Shown piece after piece: positions 38,654-48,657 of a DNA stretch of 64,000 nucleotides. How positions within the stretch are numbered: the stretch's first letter is position 1; each line of letters starts with the position of its first letter. Where the stretch lies: assembly GCA_964248365.1 (NCBI GenBank), contig CAXTYC010000001.1, forward strand, positions 96,001 to 160,000, in the 5' to 3' direction. Below the pieces are notes generated by a model. That model saw only the letters and a list, made by a program, of their open reading frames with translations, was not told the origin of the DNA and searched no databases. The DNA comes from an uncultured Chroococcidiopsis sp. (GTDB taxonomy: Bacteria; Cyanobacteriota; Cyanobacteriia; Cyanobacteriales; Chroococcidiopsidaceae). A program made the translations under genes and the position numbers.

Positions 38654-40642
38654 CTATTTTTGCAACACAACCAAATATCGTCCTAGGGCAGTTAGTGGGA
38701 AGTGTTGCCTATAGAGATGGTAATTCAAATAGAAATGACAGGGAAAGCCAGTTCCGGTGAATTCTGGCTCATCCCAACTACCATCTGGCTGCTGCGTTTT
38801 CAAGAGGTAGTCAATACCTCTCTCAATTGGCTCTATAGCAAATTTGTTTGTTGCTTCCCCTGCTGCCATTAGCCCAATCAGTGACCAGGCAGTTTGAGAT
38901 GGTGTACTCTTTCCTTGTCCTTTCAAGGTTGAGTTATAGTAACTCTGGCAGGTTTCACCCCAACCCCCGTCTGGATTTTGGCAGCTGACTAACCATGCTG
39001 CACCCCGTTCAATATTAGTGCGATAAGTCTGCGGCGCGATCGCGCTAAGAGCTGCCAAAACACCACTTGTACCATAGATGTAGTTCACACCCCAACGTCC
39101 AAACCAGCAGCCTTCTGGTTCTTGTTCGTGTTGGAGATAGTTAAGCGCTCGTTCTTGTGCCTGAGCATTGATAGATACATCAGGGTACAGGGATGCCCAG
39201 TCATAATTTTGGCTATTTGGCTGAATGCTTCCTGTTTGGTATTGACTACTTTTTCCTAGCCTGCCAAACATCTCTAACACTCGCGCCGTTACATCTGCTG
39301 TGTTGGGGTCAATCATGGCTTTGAGATCGCCGTAGGGAAGCCAGTTGAGCCACTCCTGGTTGTTGTCTAGGTCAAAGGCAGCCCATCCTCCCTGGCTGCA
39401 CTGCATAGAGGATATCCAGGCAACGGCACGGGCGATCGCCTGTTGCTTGTGCTTTTCATTGGGCAGTTTCACCCCATGAAGTGCCATGACGACAACAGCA
39501 GTATCATCTACATCGGGATAGAAACGGTTATCGAACTCAAACGCCCAAGCTCCTGGTTTACCTTTGCGGTTTTTGACTGCCCAATCGCCATAGTCCAGTA
39601 TCTGCTTTTGTAGCAACCACTCGCCAGCTTGCACTAGAACAGGATGATTGGGAGCTAGTCCAGAATCGACCAGCGATCGCATTACTAAGGCTGTATCCCA
39701 AACCGGAGAAACACACGGCTGTACTCGATAGGTATCTTCAGTTTCAATCGCAAAGTTATCGATTGCCTGTAACCCTTTTTGCACAATCGGATCAAATGTA
39801 TCGTATCCCAGGCTACGCAAGGCTAACATCGAGTTCAGCATCGCTGGAATAATGCCGCCCCAATCACCTGTAGCTTCCTGTCGCTCTAGAATCCATCGTT
39901 CTGCTGCTTTGATACCTTCTTCTCGAAAAGGAACTAAGTTCAAGTTTTCCGCCAGCTTAAAAGCATCATCCAGGGTGATAAATAAATCTGTCCAATCGCC
40001 AGAGCGGGGAAACTCATACTTTACTTGGTCAATGTCTTCGACATAAAGTTCATTCAGGGTGATGGTGGGGTTAGTCTGATAGACAGGCTTGCGATCGAAA
40101 ACAATCAGCAGTGGCACAGTGCTGCCCCTTGCCCAACTTGACATTTCGTAGATATTGAAGGGGAATTCGTTAGGCAGGAGCATCACCCAGGCAGGAATTG
40201 AAGGGATACCGCGCCAACTGTAGCAGCCAATCAAAGCTAGGTGAAACTTGGTAAAAACGCGGGTTTTGCTAATGCCGCCTCGTGACAGGATAAATGCCTT
40301 CGCCCGTAGCATGGCAGGATCTGAGGCAGGTACACCCAATAGCCGGAGAGCCATGTAAGCTTCAACCGAAGTGCTGAGTTCTCCCCCATCATCATAAAAC
40401 AGTTCCCAACCGCCATGCGATCGCTGTTGGGAACGCAAGTAAGCCTCGACTTTGTGCAGCGAACGAGTTTGGTCAGTACCCCAAATTTTATGCAACAGCA
40501 CCACCTCGGCGGTGATGGTAACGTTTGATTCCAGTTCTGCCCACCAATAGCCCTGTGGATTCTGGAGCGAGATCAGGTAGTTTTGACTACGGGCGATCGC
40601 CGCCTTTACATCCGATACCGTCACCTTGTCTTGCGTTTGCAT
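38654..40642 (-). CDS. shc: Squalene-hopene cyclase
   Basis: DVDDTA catalytic motif, QW repeats (QNPDGGWGE, QQPDGSW), WFGRWGVNYIYGT, FTGTGFP. Confidence 0.97.
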   Translation of the reverse strand: MQTQDKVTVSDVKAAIARSQNYLISLQNPQGYWWAELESNVTITAEVVLLHKIWGTDQTRSLHKVEAYLRSQQRSHGGWELFYDDGGELSTSVEAYMALRLLGVPASDPAMLRAKAFILSRGGISKTRVFTKFHLALIGCYSWRGIPSIPAWVMLLPNEFPFNIYEMSSWARGSTVPLLIVFDRKPVYQTNPTITLNELYVEDIDQVKYEFPRSGDWTDLFITLDDAFKLAENLNLVPFREEGIKAAERWILERQEATGDWGGIIPAMLNSMLALRSLGYDTFDPIVQKGLQAIDNFAIETEDTYRVQPCVSPVWDTALVMRSLVDSGLAPNHPVLVQAGEWLLQKQILDYGDWAVKNRKGKPGAWAFEFDNRFYPDVDDTAVVVMALHGVKLPNEKHKQQAIARAVAWISSMQCSQGGWAAFDLDNNQEWLNWLPYGDLKAMIDPNTADVTARVLEMFGRLGKSSQYQTGSIQPNSQNYDWASLYPDVSINAQAQERALNYLQHEQEPEGCWFGRWGVNYIYGTSGVLAALSAIAPQTYRTNIERGAAWLVSCQNPDGGWGETCQSYYNSTLKGQGKSTPSQTAWSLIGLMAAGEATNKFAIEPIERGIDYLLKTQQPDGSWDEPEFTGTGFPCHFYLNYHLYRQHFPLTALGRYLVVLQK

Positions 40643-40757
40643 ATTTACCCATCCTCACTATCAATATCTACCCTGAATGCCACTGAGGAAAATCCTTGTT
40701 TTATTCAATCGCAGACATTGTATTGTGCTTCGTAACACCCAGAATTTGCAAGAGGTT

Positions 40758-42080
40758 ATGAGTGAAATTGGTTTAGGGTTAACAGTCCTATCTTTAGTCA
40801 TTTGGATAGGCTTGCTTTGCTTTCGCGGTCAGTTCTGGAGAGCAGACGGGCAATTGGAAGCAGAAGGCACAAGGCAGCAAGATGAAAGTGAGGCGCTTCT
40901 ACCTGCAATTTGTGCAGTGATTCCTGCTCGTAACGAAGCAGAGTTATTGCCCAGGACGTTGCGATCGCTCCTCACTCAAGACTATCCCAGCTCTTTCACC
41001 GTCATTCTAGTAGACGATCGCAGCACCGACGGTACAACCCAGGTTGCTCAAACAACTGCCCTGTCATTAGGCAAACTCCAGCAGTTGCACGTTATCTATG
41101 CTAAACCTTTGCCTCCTGGTTGGACGGGTAAAGTCTGGGCAATGGAGCAGGGAATACAAACAGCCCAAACCTTGTCCCCTGACTACATCTTGCTCAGTGA
41201 TGCTGATATTGAACACGACCGAGCCAACCTGCGCCGACTGGCTGCCAAAGCTGCGGCTGAAGATTTAGATCTGGTTTCAGTAATGGTGCGACTGCGGTGC
41301 GAGAGCTTTTGGGAAAAATTGCTGATTCCAGCGTTTGTCTTTTTCTTTCAAAAGCTCTACCCTTTCCGCTGGGTGAATAATCCAACAAATACAACTGCCG
41401 CTGCTGCTGGAGGTTGCATTCTCATCCGTCGAGCAGCACTAGACCGAATTGGTGGGATGCAGGCGGTGCGAATGGCATTAATTGATGACTGTACCTTGGC
41501 TGGTGTGGTTAAGTCTAGTAGTAGGGGAGCTGAGGGAGCTGAGGGAGCTGGGGCAGCCCTGGAAGCTGAGGGAGATGCTTTAATCCAAAAGCCAAAATCT
41601 AAAATCCAAAATTCCCTAGCCCCTAGTCTCCAGCCCCTAGCCCCTCAAGAGTCGCCCCTCACCCCACATGGCAAAATTTGGCTTGGACTTAGTGACTTGA
41701 CTCGCAGCTTGCGTCCTTATTCGTCGCTCAAAAGTATTTGGGATATGGTGGCTCGGACTGCCTTTACCCAACTCAATTATTCCCCTCTACTGCTTGTGGG
41801 AACTCTGGTAGGAATGACGCTGATTTATATGGTTCCACCTGTGGCGGCTGTTCTGGGTTTAGTGGTGGGAAAAGAGGCGATCGCACTGGTAGGTTTGATT
41901 GCTTGGCTGCTGATGACGTTGGCTTACTTGCCCACAATTCGCTTCTACAATTGCTCTTTCTGGTTTGCCTTTTGCTTGCCTGCGATCGCCTTTCTCTATA
42001 CCTTAATGACCCTTGATTCAGCTATCCGCCACTGGCAAGGTCGCGGCGGAGCCTGGAAGGGACGAGTTTATCAAGGATAA
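40758..42080 (+). CDS. hpnB: Hopanoid-associated GT2 glycosyltransferase (HpnB-like)
   Basis: VIPARNE, DDRSTDGT, GWTGK, DAD, LIDDC, WKGRVY; divergent from shc. Probable start ATG 40758. Confidence 0.8.
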   Translation: MSEIGLGLTVLSLVIWIGLLCFRGQFWRADGQLEAEGTRQQDESEALLPAICAVIPARNEAELLPRTLRSLLTQDYPSSFTVILVDDRSTDGTTQVAQTTALSLGKLQQLHVIYAKPLPPGWTGKVWAMEQGIQTAQTLSPDYILLSDADIEHDRANLRRLAAKAAAEDLDLVSVMVRLRCESFWEKLLIPAFVFFFQKLYPFRWVNNPTNTTAAAAGGCILIRRAALDRIGGMQAVRMALIDDCTLAGVVKSSSRGAEGAEGAGAALEAEGDALIQKPKSKIQNSLAPSLQPLAPQESPLTPHGKIWLGLSDLTRSLRPYSSLKSIWDMVARTAFTQLNYSPLLLVGTLVGMTLIYMVPPVAAVLGLVVGKEAIALVGLIAWLLMTLAYLPTIRFYNCSFWFAFCLPAIAFLYTLMTLDSAIRHWQGRGGAWKGRVYQG

Positions 42081-42227
42081 AGTAAGAAAAAAGGATGAAG
42101 GATGAAGTATCAAGGATGAAGTGTGAAGTATCAAGGATGTATTGGTAACTGGTAAAGAGTAACTGATAACTGATAACTGATAACGGGTAACTGGTAACTG
42201 ATTTCCCTTTTCCCTTTTCGGTCAGAA

Positions 42228-42971
42228 TTAACCGTTCGATCCTTCAAACAGCAAGGTTGTTACTTGCTCTAGTACTTTTAGTCCCCGTAACGCACCTCTA
42301 ATCAACCGCATAGCACCAATCGGTTGTCGGATCATCCCCAGTGCTAATGGCAAAGGCTGCATCAAACCCTCTGGACTTAGTGCCGCCGTCAAATCCGGTA
42401 TGTCACGATCGCAATCGTCACTCACAACCCGCAGCATAGCGACTGCAACTCCAGCCCGACTCAGCACCTCTAGAACAGCAAAGCCTTCCATATCAACCAC
42501 ATCAGCGCCCAACGTCTGAGCTAGATGGCGCTTTTGGGTTGCAGTATGAATCAGGCGATCGCTCGTCAATCCCTTGACTAAATCAACATTTTGTTGTATT
42601 AACGAGTAAAGCAGATCGGTAAGGGGGCGATCGCATGATTGGCTCTTTGGTTCAGATCCCTCTAATGGATAAACACAATCCTGGTAGAGAACTGTTGCAC
42701 CAATTCGATAATGGGGATTCATACTGCCACACAGCCCCATCACTAACACACGCGGCGGCAAATGACTCAGAAGGTAATTGCTTTGCTGCTTTGATTGCAA
42801 ATACCCAATTACTGATTTTGTGCCAACAGGAATTGGCACAACTGCTGGCTTAGAACCAGCAGTGCGGCTTAAACCTCTGCAAACAGCCTTATACTCTGCT
42901 CCTTGAGGAACCAAAATTGCTTGGATAAAGGGGAAATTAGACACTCGATTCTCAATTATGAACAAGCACAA
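42228..42971 (-). CDS. Nucleoside phosphorylase family protein (HpnG-like)
   Basis: GLCGS, VVDMEG, LRVVSDD; hopanoid cluster context. Start is possibly GTG 42944. Confidence 0.78.
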   Translation of the reverse strand: MCLFIIENRVSNFPFIQAILVPQGAEYKAVCRGLSRTAGSKPAVVPIPVGTKSVIGYLQSKQQSNYLLSHLPPRVLVMGLCGSMNPHYRIGATVLYQDCVYPLEGSEPKSQSCDRPLTDLLYSLIQQNVDLVKGLTSDRLIHTATQKRHLAQTLGADVVDMEGFAVLEVLSRAGVAVAMLRVVSDDCDRDIPDLTAALSPEGLMQPLPLALGMIRQPIGAMRLIRGALRGLKVLEQVTTLLFEGSNG

Positions 42972-43177
42972 TTGCTTAAGATTTTCACTAAAGCAGGCTG
43001 TGATGAAATTTTAATCAGTTCAAATACTCACAGCCAATATTAAATAGAAAAATTAGACAACTTGAAAATAATACATATTCAAGGATTCAGGGTTCAACAG
43101 TACTAAACAAAAACCATACAAAATCAAACACCGAACGGTAAACTAAGTACTTATATGCCCTGAAGAATTGAATCCCT

Positions 43178-45856
43178 ATGGTAGAGCCAACACGCAAGCC
43201 CATCCTCAGAGAGCGCTTCAACATCTCTCGGTTGGCAATAAAGTATTACTGGCTCACCATTAGCTTTTGGATTGCTGTCGCTGTAGCAGGAATACTGGCA
43301 TTTAGTTCCCTCAAGTATGCCTTGTTTCCTGACATTACGTTTCCCACCGTAGTAGTAAATGCCTCTGCGCCCATTAGTAAGGCACTAGATACCGAGCAAA
43401 AGCTAACTAAACCGCTCGAACAACAACTCAAAGATCTGCCTGGACTAAATGACATCAACTCCATAACCTACCCACGTCAGTCGGTAGTTAGCTTGCACTT
43501 TCAGGTAGGGACTAAATTGGAGGATTCAAGTCGAACAGTGGAAGCAGCACTTAAGAACTTGAAGTTGCCTCCTGGGGCAACCTCTAAAATTATTCCCATC
43601 AACCTGAATGAAGCAGCGGTTGTTAGCTATGCAATTGAGAGTAAATTTCAAAATCTGCAAGAATTAACCAAGACAACTAAAGACGAGGTTTTGCCCGCGA
43701 TCGCTCGTCTGCCTGGTGTACTGAAAGTCAACCTATTAGGTGAACCAGTCCTCGTTGACTTTACCAAACTCGCTACTGGGGAACAGGGACTGACTGGGGG
43801 TGCAACGATTGTACGCTTCAATGGGCGGGAGGCGTTGGCGTTTCAGGTGGTGAAGCGAGCAAATGCCAACACCTTGGAGGTGGTGCAGGAGGTAGATAAG
43901 ACAGTCAAACAGCTACAGGCGAAGCTTCCCAACGTCAAGCTCACACAGGCAGCAACCCAAGCAAACTATATCCACGCCGCTACAGGGGAAACTATCAATG
44001 CCTTGGTAGAAGCGATCGTGCTATCAATTGTAGTAATTTATCCGTTTTTGTGGAATTGGCGGGCGACAATAATTTCAGCTCTAGCAATACCTATGTCGCT
44101 GCTAGGGACATTTATCGTCATGGCGATTTACGGGTTCAACCTAGAGACGATTACACTACTAGCGCTGGCAATGGTGATTGGTAGCATTGTTGATGATGCG
44201 ATCGTAGATGTGGAAAACATTTCTCGCCACCTAGAGAATGGCGAATCTCCCCGACAAGCAGCAATTTTGGCAACCAACGAGATTGGGTTGACTGTCACCG
44301 CTGCCACGATGACTGCTGTCGCAGTATTTCTGCCAGTAGGCACGATGGGAGGGGTGGTAGGACAGTTCTTCAAGCCCTTTGGCATCACAATCTCAGCGGC
44401 AATGCTCATGTCTCTTCTGGTAGCCCGTACCCTATCGCCGTTACTGGCGGCATACTGGCTCAAACCTGCGACTGTACAGCAAGACAAAAAGCCTACCCAG
44501 TCAGGCTTGCTTGGGCACTACCGTAATTTGTTGCGTTGGTCGCTAAAGCATCGGGGCATTGTAGTATGTATCGCTATATTGAGTTTTGCGATCGGTCTAG
44601 CCCTGATCCCGCTAATTCCCAAAGGTTTTATTCCCAAGCTCGATCGCGGCGAGTTTAATATTACCTACACAGTTGCCTTGTCTGGGGAGAGGGGCAGAGG
44701 GGCAGAGGGGCAAATTCAATCCCAAATCCAAAATCTAAAATCCCAAATCGCAAATCCCTTAGAGGAGTCGCTTAAGGTTGCTCAGAAGCTGGATGAGTTT
44801 GTGCGCCAATCGTCCCAGGTAGAAACTGTATTTACGATTGTGGGATCGCGTCAAGGTGAACCGAATAAAGGCACGATTTATGTGAAGTTGGAGCGCGATC
44901 GTGTCGATACTGCTATCATGCAAGACGAGTTCCGACAGTTGTTGCCTAAAATTCCTGGTGTTACTACCAGCGTTGAAGATATCCAGTTTGTGGATACGGG
45001 AGGCGAAAAACCTGTTCAGGTTAAGATTGTAGGAGACGATCTGGTCGCTCTCAACCGTGCCGCACAGAAGATCAAAGCCAGACTGCAGAAAATACCTGGC
45101 TTTGAGGATGTTTCCGCCACAGGAGAAGACAATCGTGAAAATGACATCTTCGAGATCGAGCGCTCTAATGGTCGTCGAGTTGCTGTCATTAGTGCCAACC
45201 TGGGTCAAGGTCTTCCTCTAGGAAAGGCAACTGATCGAGCAGTAGCAGAAGCTAAAGCCGTTTTGCCTGCTAACATTTCCTTGCAATTGGATGGAGATTC
45301 TGCCCGCGTCAATGAAATTCTCAGTAGTTTTGGCATAACTCTAGGGCTATCCGTCCTATGCATTATATTGGTCTTGTTTTTGCTCTTCAAGAGTTGGACG
45401 GATACCCTAGTAATCTTCTTCTCGCTACCGCTCTCTATTGTAGGGGCAATGCTGGGGCTGCTCGTTGTCCAAAGCGACTTCGGCATGATCTCGTTGATTG
45501 GCATTATCTTTCTGCTGGGACTGACTAACAAAAATGCCATCTTGATTGTGGACTACATTAAGCAATTGCGCCGCTCAGGCATGAGCCGCAATGCAGCTAT
45601 TCTCGAAGCCGTTCCAGTACGCTTGCGACCGATATTGATGACCACTGCTGCTACCATTTTGGGGATGCTGCCCCTTGCTTTGGGATTTGGCGCGGGGGCA
45701 GAATTACGCGCTCCTATGGCAGTTGCGATTATGGGCGGTCTAGTCACTTCAACTTTGCTGAGTTTAATTGTTGTTCCAGTAATCTATGACTTGTTGGATG
45801 ATTGGCGATCTCGGTTTAACTTAAACCGAGAGAAGCCCCGCTTAGGTAAGTATTAA
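43178..45856 (+). CDS. RND efflux permease (AcrB family)
   Basis: GSIVDDAIVDVEN, KNAILIVD, RLRPILMTT, RAPMAVAIMGG. Confidence 0.94.
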   Translation: MVEPTRKPILRERFNISRLAIKYYWLTISFWIAVAVAGILAFSSLKYALFPDITFPTVVVNASAPISKALDTEQKLTKPLEQQLKDLPGLNDINSITYPRQSVVSLHFQVGTKLEDSSRTVEAALKNLKLPPGATSKIIPINLNEAAVVSYAIESKFQNLQELTKTTKDEVLPAIARLPGVLKVNLLGEPVLVDFTKLATGEQGLTGGATIVRFNGREALAFQVVKRANANTLEVVQEVDKTVKQLQAKLPNVKLTQAATQANYIHAATGETINALVEAIVLSIVVIYPFLWNWRATIISALAIPMSLLGTFIVMAIYGFNLETITLLALAMVIGSIVDDAIVDVENISRHLENGESPRQAAILATNEIGLTVTAATMTAVAVFLPVGTMGGVVGQFFKPFGITISAAMLMSLLVARTLSPLLAAYWLKPATVQQDKKPTQSGLLGHYRNLLRWSLKHRGIVVCIAILSFAIGLALIPLIPKGFIPKLDRGEFNITYTVALSGERGRGAEGQIQSQIQNLKSQIANPLEESLKVAQKLDEFVRQSSQVETVFTIVGSRQGEPNKGTIYVKLERDRVDTAIMQDEFRQLLPKIPGVTTSVEDIQFVDTGGEKPVQVKIVGDDLVALNRAAQKIKARLQKIPGFEDVSATGEDNRENDIFEIERSNGRRVAVISANLGQGLPLGKATDRAVAEAKAVLPANISLQLDGDSARVNEILSSFGITLGLSVLCIILVLFLLFKSWTDTLVIFFSLPLSIVGAMLGLLVVQSDFGMISLIGIIFLLGLTNKNAILIVDYIKQLRRSGMSRNAAILEAVPVRLRPILMTTAATILGMLPLALGFGAGAELRAPMAVAIMGGLVTSTLLSLIVVPVIYDLLDDWRSRFNLNREKPRLGKY

Positions 45857-46299
45857 CAATTAATTTACATACCAACAAAAGCAGGTTTTGCTAAAAGTCA
45901 ATAGTTGCCAGTTCAAGTGTTATACCTGCGTAAAACCATTGGGTGAGTCGCTAAACTTTAAATGGCTAATCCACATTGAGCTAATCTCAATACGTCACAC
46001 TCGTTAGCTTCTTTCGTTGTGACCTCTCAACACAAAGGAACTCATTAGCGAATGGGGTGTTGAGAACTACTAGCCGTTCAAACTCAAGTACTTTACAGTT
46101 ATTTGGTCGATAAAATGGAAGTTTAAGAGTAAGCGCTAATTCTGTAATATCAAGACCGATCTTTTCTTGATGCTAATATTATATCCTACAGTCATTGTAG
46201 GACATAGGCAAGATAAACTTGCCTGTGCGTTTCATCCTCGGCGTTTATTGCACGAGGCTACGATCGCTAAATTTCTGTAGTTTCGTGCATTGGCTAACT

Positions 46300-47739
46300 A
46301 TGCAAATATCTCCCGAAAAAGCCAGCATTGAGGGTAGAGGTAGTGACAGTGAGGGTAGAGTTTTAGGCAGGATAATTGCTACTAGTAGTGTAATATTATT
46401 TGCCTGTAGCAGTTTACGACACGCACTGTTTCAGTCAGGAGCGTTCGATTTAGGAATTTTCGATCAAGCTGTCTACTTGATCGCTCAAGGCGAAGTGCCT
46501 ATCTCTTCTTTCCTTGGGTTTCACATTCTGGGCGATCACGCAGCTTTGGTTTTTTATCCCCTGGCGTTACTCTACAAAATCTATCCAGATGTACACTGGT
46601 TGTTAGGCGTGCAAGCGATCGCCCTCTCAATTGGTGCAATGCCAACTATGATGCTTGCGCGTCAGGCGGGGTTGAAGATGCAGCAAGCACTAGCAATCGC
46701 CTGGGCGTACTTGCTGTATCCATTGGTATTTAATCTCAATCTGTTCGATTTTCATCCTGAAGTCATTGCCCTACCAGCACTACTATGGGCAATATTGGCA
46801 GCGCGAGAGAATAAAATTATCTGGTTCTGTGTCGCCATCGTTACTGTTTTAGCTTGTAAAGCAGTACTAGCCCTAACTGTGGTAGCGATGGGGTTTTGGT
46901 TACTGATTTGGGACAAACGCCGTTTGTGCGGTACGATCGCCATCTGCGCTGGTATTGCTTGGTTTCTCATTGCTACCCAAGTAATTATCCCCGAATTTGG
47001 TAGTGCCGCTGATATAGAACGTCATTTACCGCGATATGGCTACCTAGGAAACTCCTTCGGGGAAATTATTAAAAATCTCTTCTTGCAGCCAAAACTAGTA
47101 ATAGGCAAGATTTTCTCATCAGCTACTCTGGAATACCTCAGCCTTTTGTTTTTACCAGTAATTTGTTTGCTCTCACCTAAGCACTTGACTCCAATGGTTG
47201 GTGCTATTCCTACTTTAGTGATGAATATTCTCTCTGAAGCTCCTGCCCAAAGGAACTTAGTACATCATTATTCTGCCCCTATACTGCCTTTCTTGTTAGT
47301 AGCAGCAATTTCCAGCCTTGCAAATGGTAGCAGGTGGTTGCAAAGTGGACGGGCGATCGCCTTATACTCTTTAGTGGCATTCCTGGCTTTAGCTAAATTT
47401 GGATATTTTGGCTCAAAATATCTCGAATCTATTGATACTTGGCAAGCCACAAGATGCGCGATCGCACAAGTACAAACGGATGGAGGAGTACTTACCACTC
47501 ATGAAATTGCCCCACACTTAACTCATAGAAAAAAAATTAAATTTACAGATGCCAATTCCCCACCAGCTAATTTGGCTGATTTTGATTATATATTGCTCAA
47601 TTTGCGCCATTGGGGCTGGAAGAGTAACCCTGAGTTTGCTGCTAGCTTGGTAAATCAAATCAAAAACGAGCATCAATTTACTCTCGGCTATCAGCGCGAC
47701 GATGTTTATTTGTTTAAAAACTTAACAAATAATTCGTAA
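46300..47739 (+). CDS. DUF2079 polytopic membrane protein
   Basis: AFDLGIFDQ, HILGDH, FDFHPE, HYS motifs; many TM segments. Probable start ATG 46300. Confidence 0.82.
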   Translation: MQISPEKASIEGRGSDSEGRVLGRIIATSSVILFACSSLRHALFQSGAFDLGIFDQAVYLIAQGEVPISSFLGFHILGDHAALVFYPLALLYKIYPDVHWLLGVQAIALSIGAMPTMMLARQAGLKMQQALAIAWAYLLYPLVFNLNLFDFHPEVIALPALLWAILAARENKIIWFCVAIVTVLACKAVLALTVVAMGFWLLIWDKRRLCGTIAICAGIAWFLIATQVIIPEFGSAADIERHLPRYGYLGNSFGEIIKNLFLQPKLVIGKIFSSATLEYLSLLFLPVICLLSPKHLTPMVGAIPTLVMNILSEAPAQRNLVHHYSAPILPFLLVAAISSLANGSRWLQSGRAIALYSLVAFLALAKFGYFGSKYLESIDTWQATRCAIAQVQTDGGVLTTHEIAPHLTHRKKIKFTDANSPPANLADFDYILLNLRHWGWKSNPEFAASLVNQIKNEHQFTLGYQRDDVYLFKNLTNNS

Positions 47740-47879
47740 TTCGTAATTAAACAACCACCAACTACCCTACAGGCGCACACAATTAGATCCGCTAAAAAGG
47801 GTTAGCTTTAATTTTTGGATAATTTTATCGTCCTAAAGTTAGATGTACTTCATGGCAGTTGGAGTAAATTAGGCGATAA

Positions 47880-48089
47880 GTGAAGATAAGCATAACTGCT
47901 ATGAAAAGTAAACAACCAGCAAACTCCTCACACAAATCTAACGACCTTTCCACCGTTCAAGATCAAGGTGATCAATTTGGGCTAAATCCTAAAACAAGCT
48001 TTCCTTACAAATTTACAGTAGGTATTTCACTGGCAATTTTTGCAATTCTCCTTGCTTATACAGCCTATTATTACGGGTTTTTCCGATGA
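47880..48089 (+). CDS. Small protein with a C-terminal TM helix
   Basis: Hydrophobic FTVGISLAIFAILLAYTAYYYG. Start is possibly ATG 47901. Confidence 0.55.
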   Translation: MKISITAMKSKQPANSSHKSNDLSTVQDQGDQFGLNPKTSFPYKFTVGISLAIFAILLAYTAYYYGFFR

Positions 48090-48599
48090 CGCTACTTTTT
48101 CAATAAGGTCATTAGAAGACAGGAGACAGAAGAGAGAAGACAGAAGAAAGTAGGGGAGGCTATCTAGGGCTATCTTTCATGAGTAATTAACTATTGTGTC
48201 TGTTTGAACTCCACAACTCCAGAACTCCTAAAGAAAAAGAGGAAGCCGCATTTAGGGGAGGAGTTGGATTAAATGAGTTGTTTGTGTTGTTTGAAGTTGG
48301 ACTCGTTTTCAGATTCTTAGCTCGTGATGAGCCTTATTTTCGGATACGTCTACTCTCCCCGCCGATCATTTACAAGTCAATTTTTCTTGGAACGTTCGAC
48401 AAACGATTTGCTACTCAAAATCTTTATCAACATTCAAAGGATGCACTTGCAGGGGTACGTCGGTTTCTCTGGGCTAACACTTTTTCAATGTTACCCTCAC
48501 CGACATCAAATGATAAAAGTAAGAACTCGCTTTGTTTGAGCGCTTGAGAGAGATTGCACTTTACCCACCTGGCATTGGATAAAGTCGAGCTAAGCACAT

Positions 48600-48648
48600 G
48601 ACGCAGAGCATGAAGGAAACTGCGGTTTCTTCTATGATTCTCTGCGTC
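48600..48648 (-). terminator. Stem-loop just downstream of leuS
   Basis: GACGCAGAG...GAAACtgcgGTTTC...CTCTGCGTC. Confidence 0.45.
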
Positions 48649-48657
48649 TAATAAACC

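Noticed and set aside
46025..46065. TCTCAACAC...GTGTTGAGA stem as a riboswitch or ncRNA
   Set aside because: Only a 9-bp stem, with no recognisable family consensus.
48194..48547. ORFs 48194-48547 and 48324-48539
   Set aside because: No recognisable motifs and two competing frames. The region remains unexplained, but I cannot support a gene or an ncRNA.
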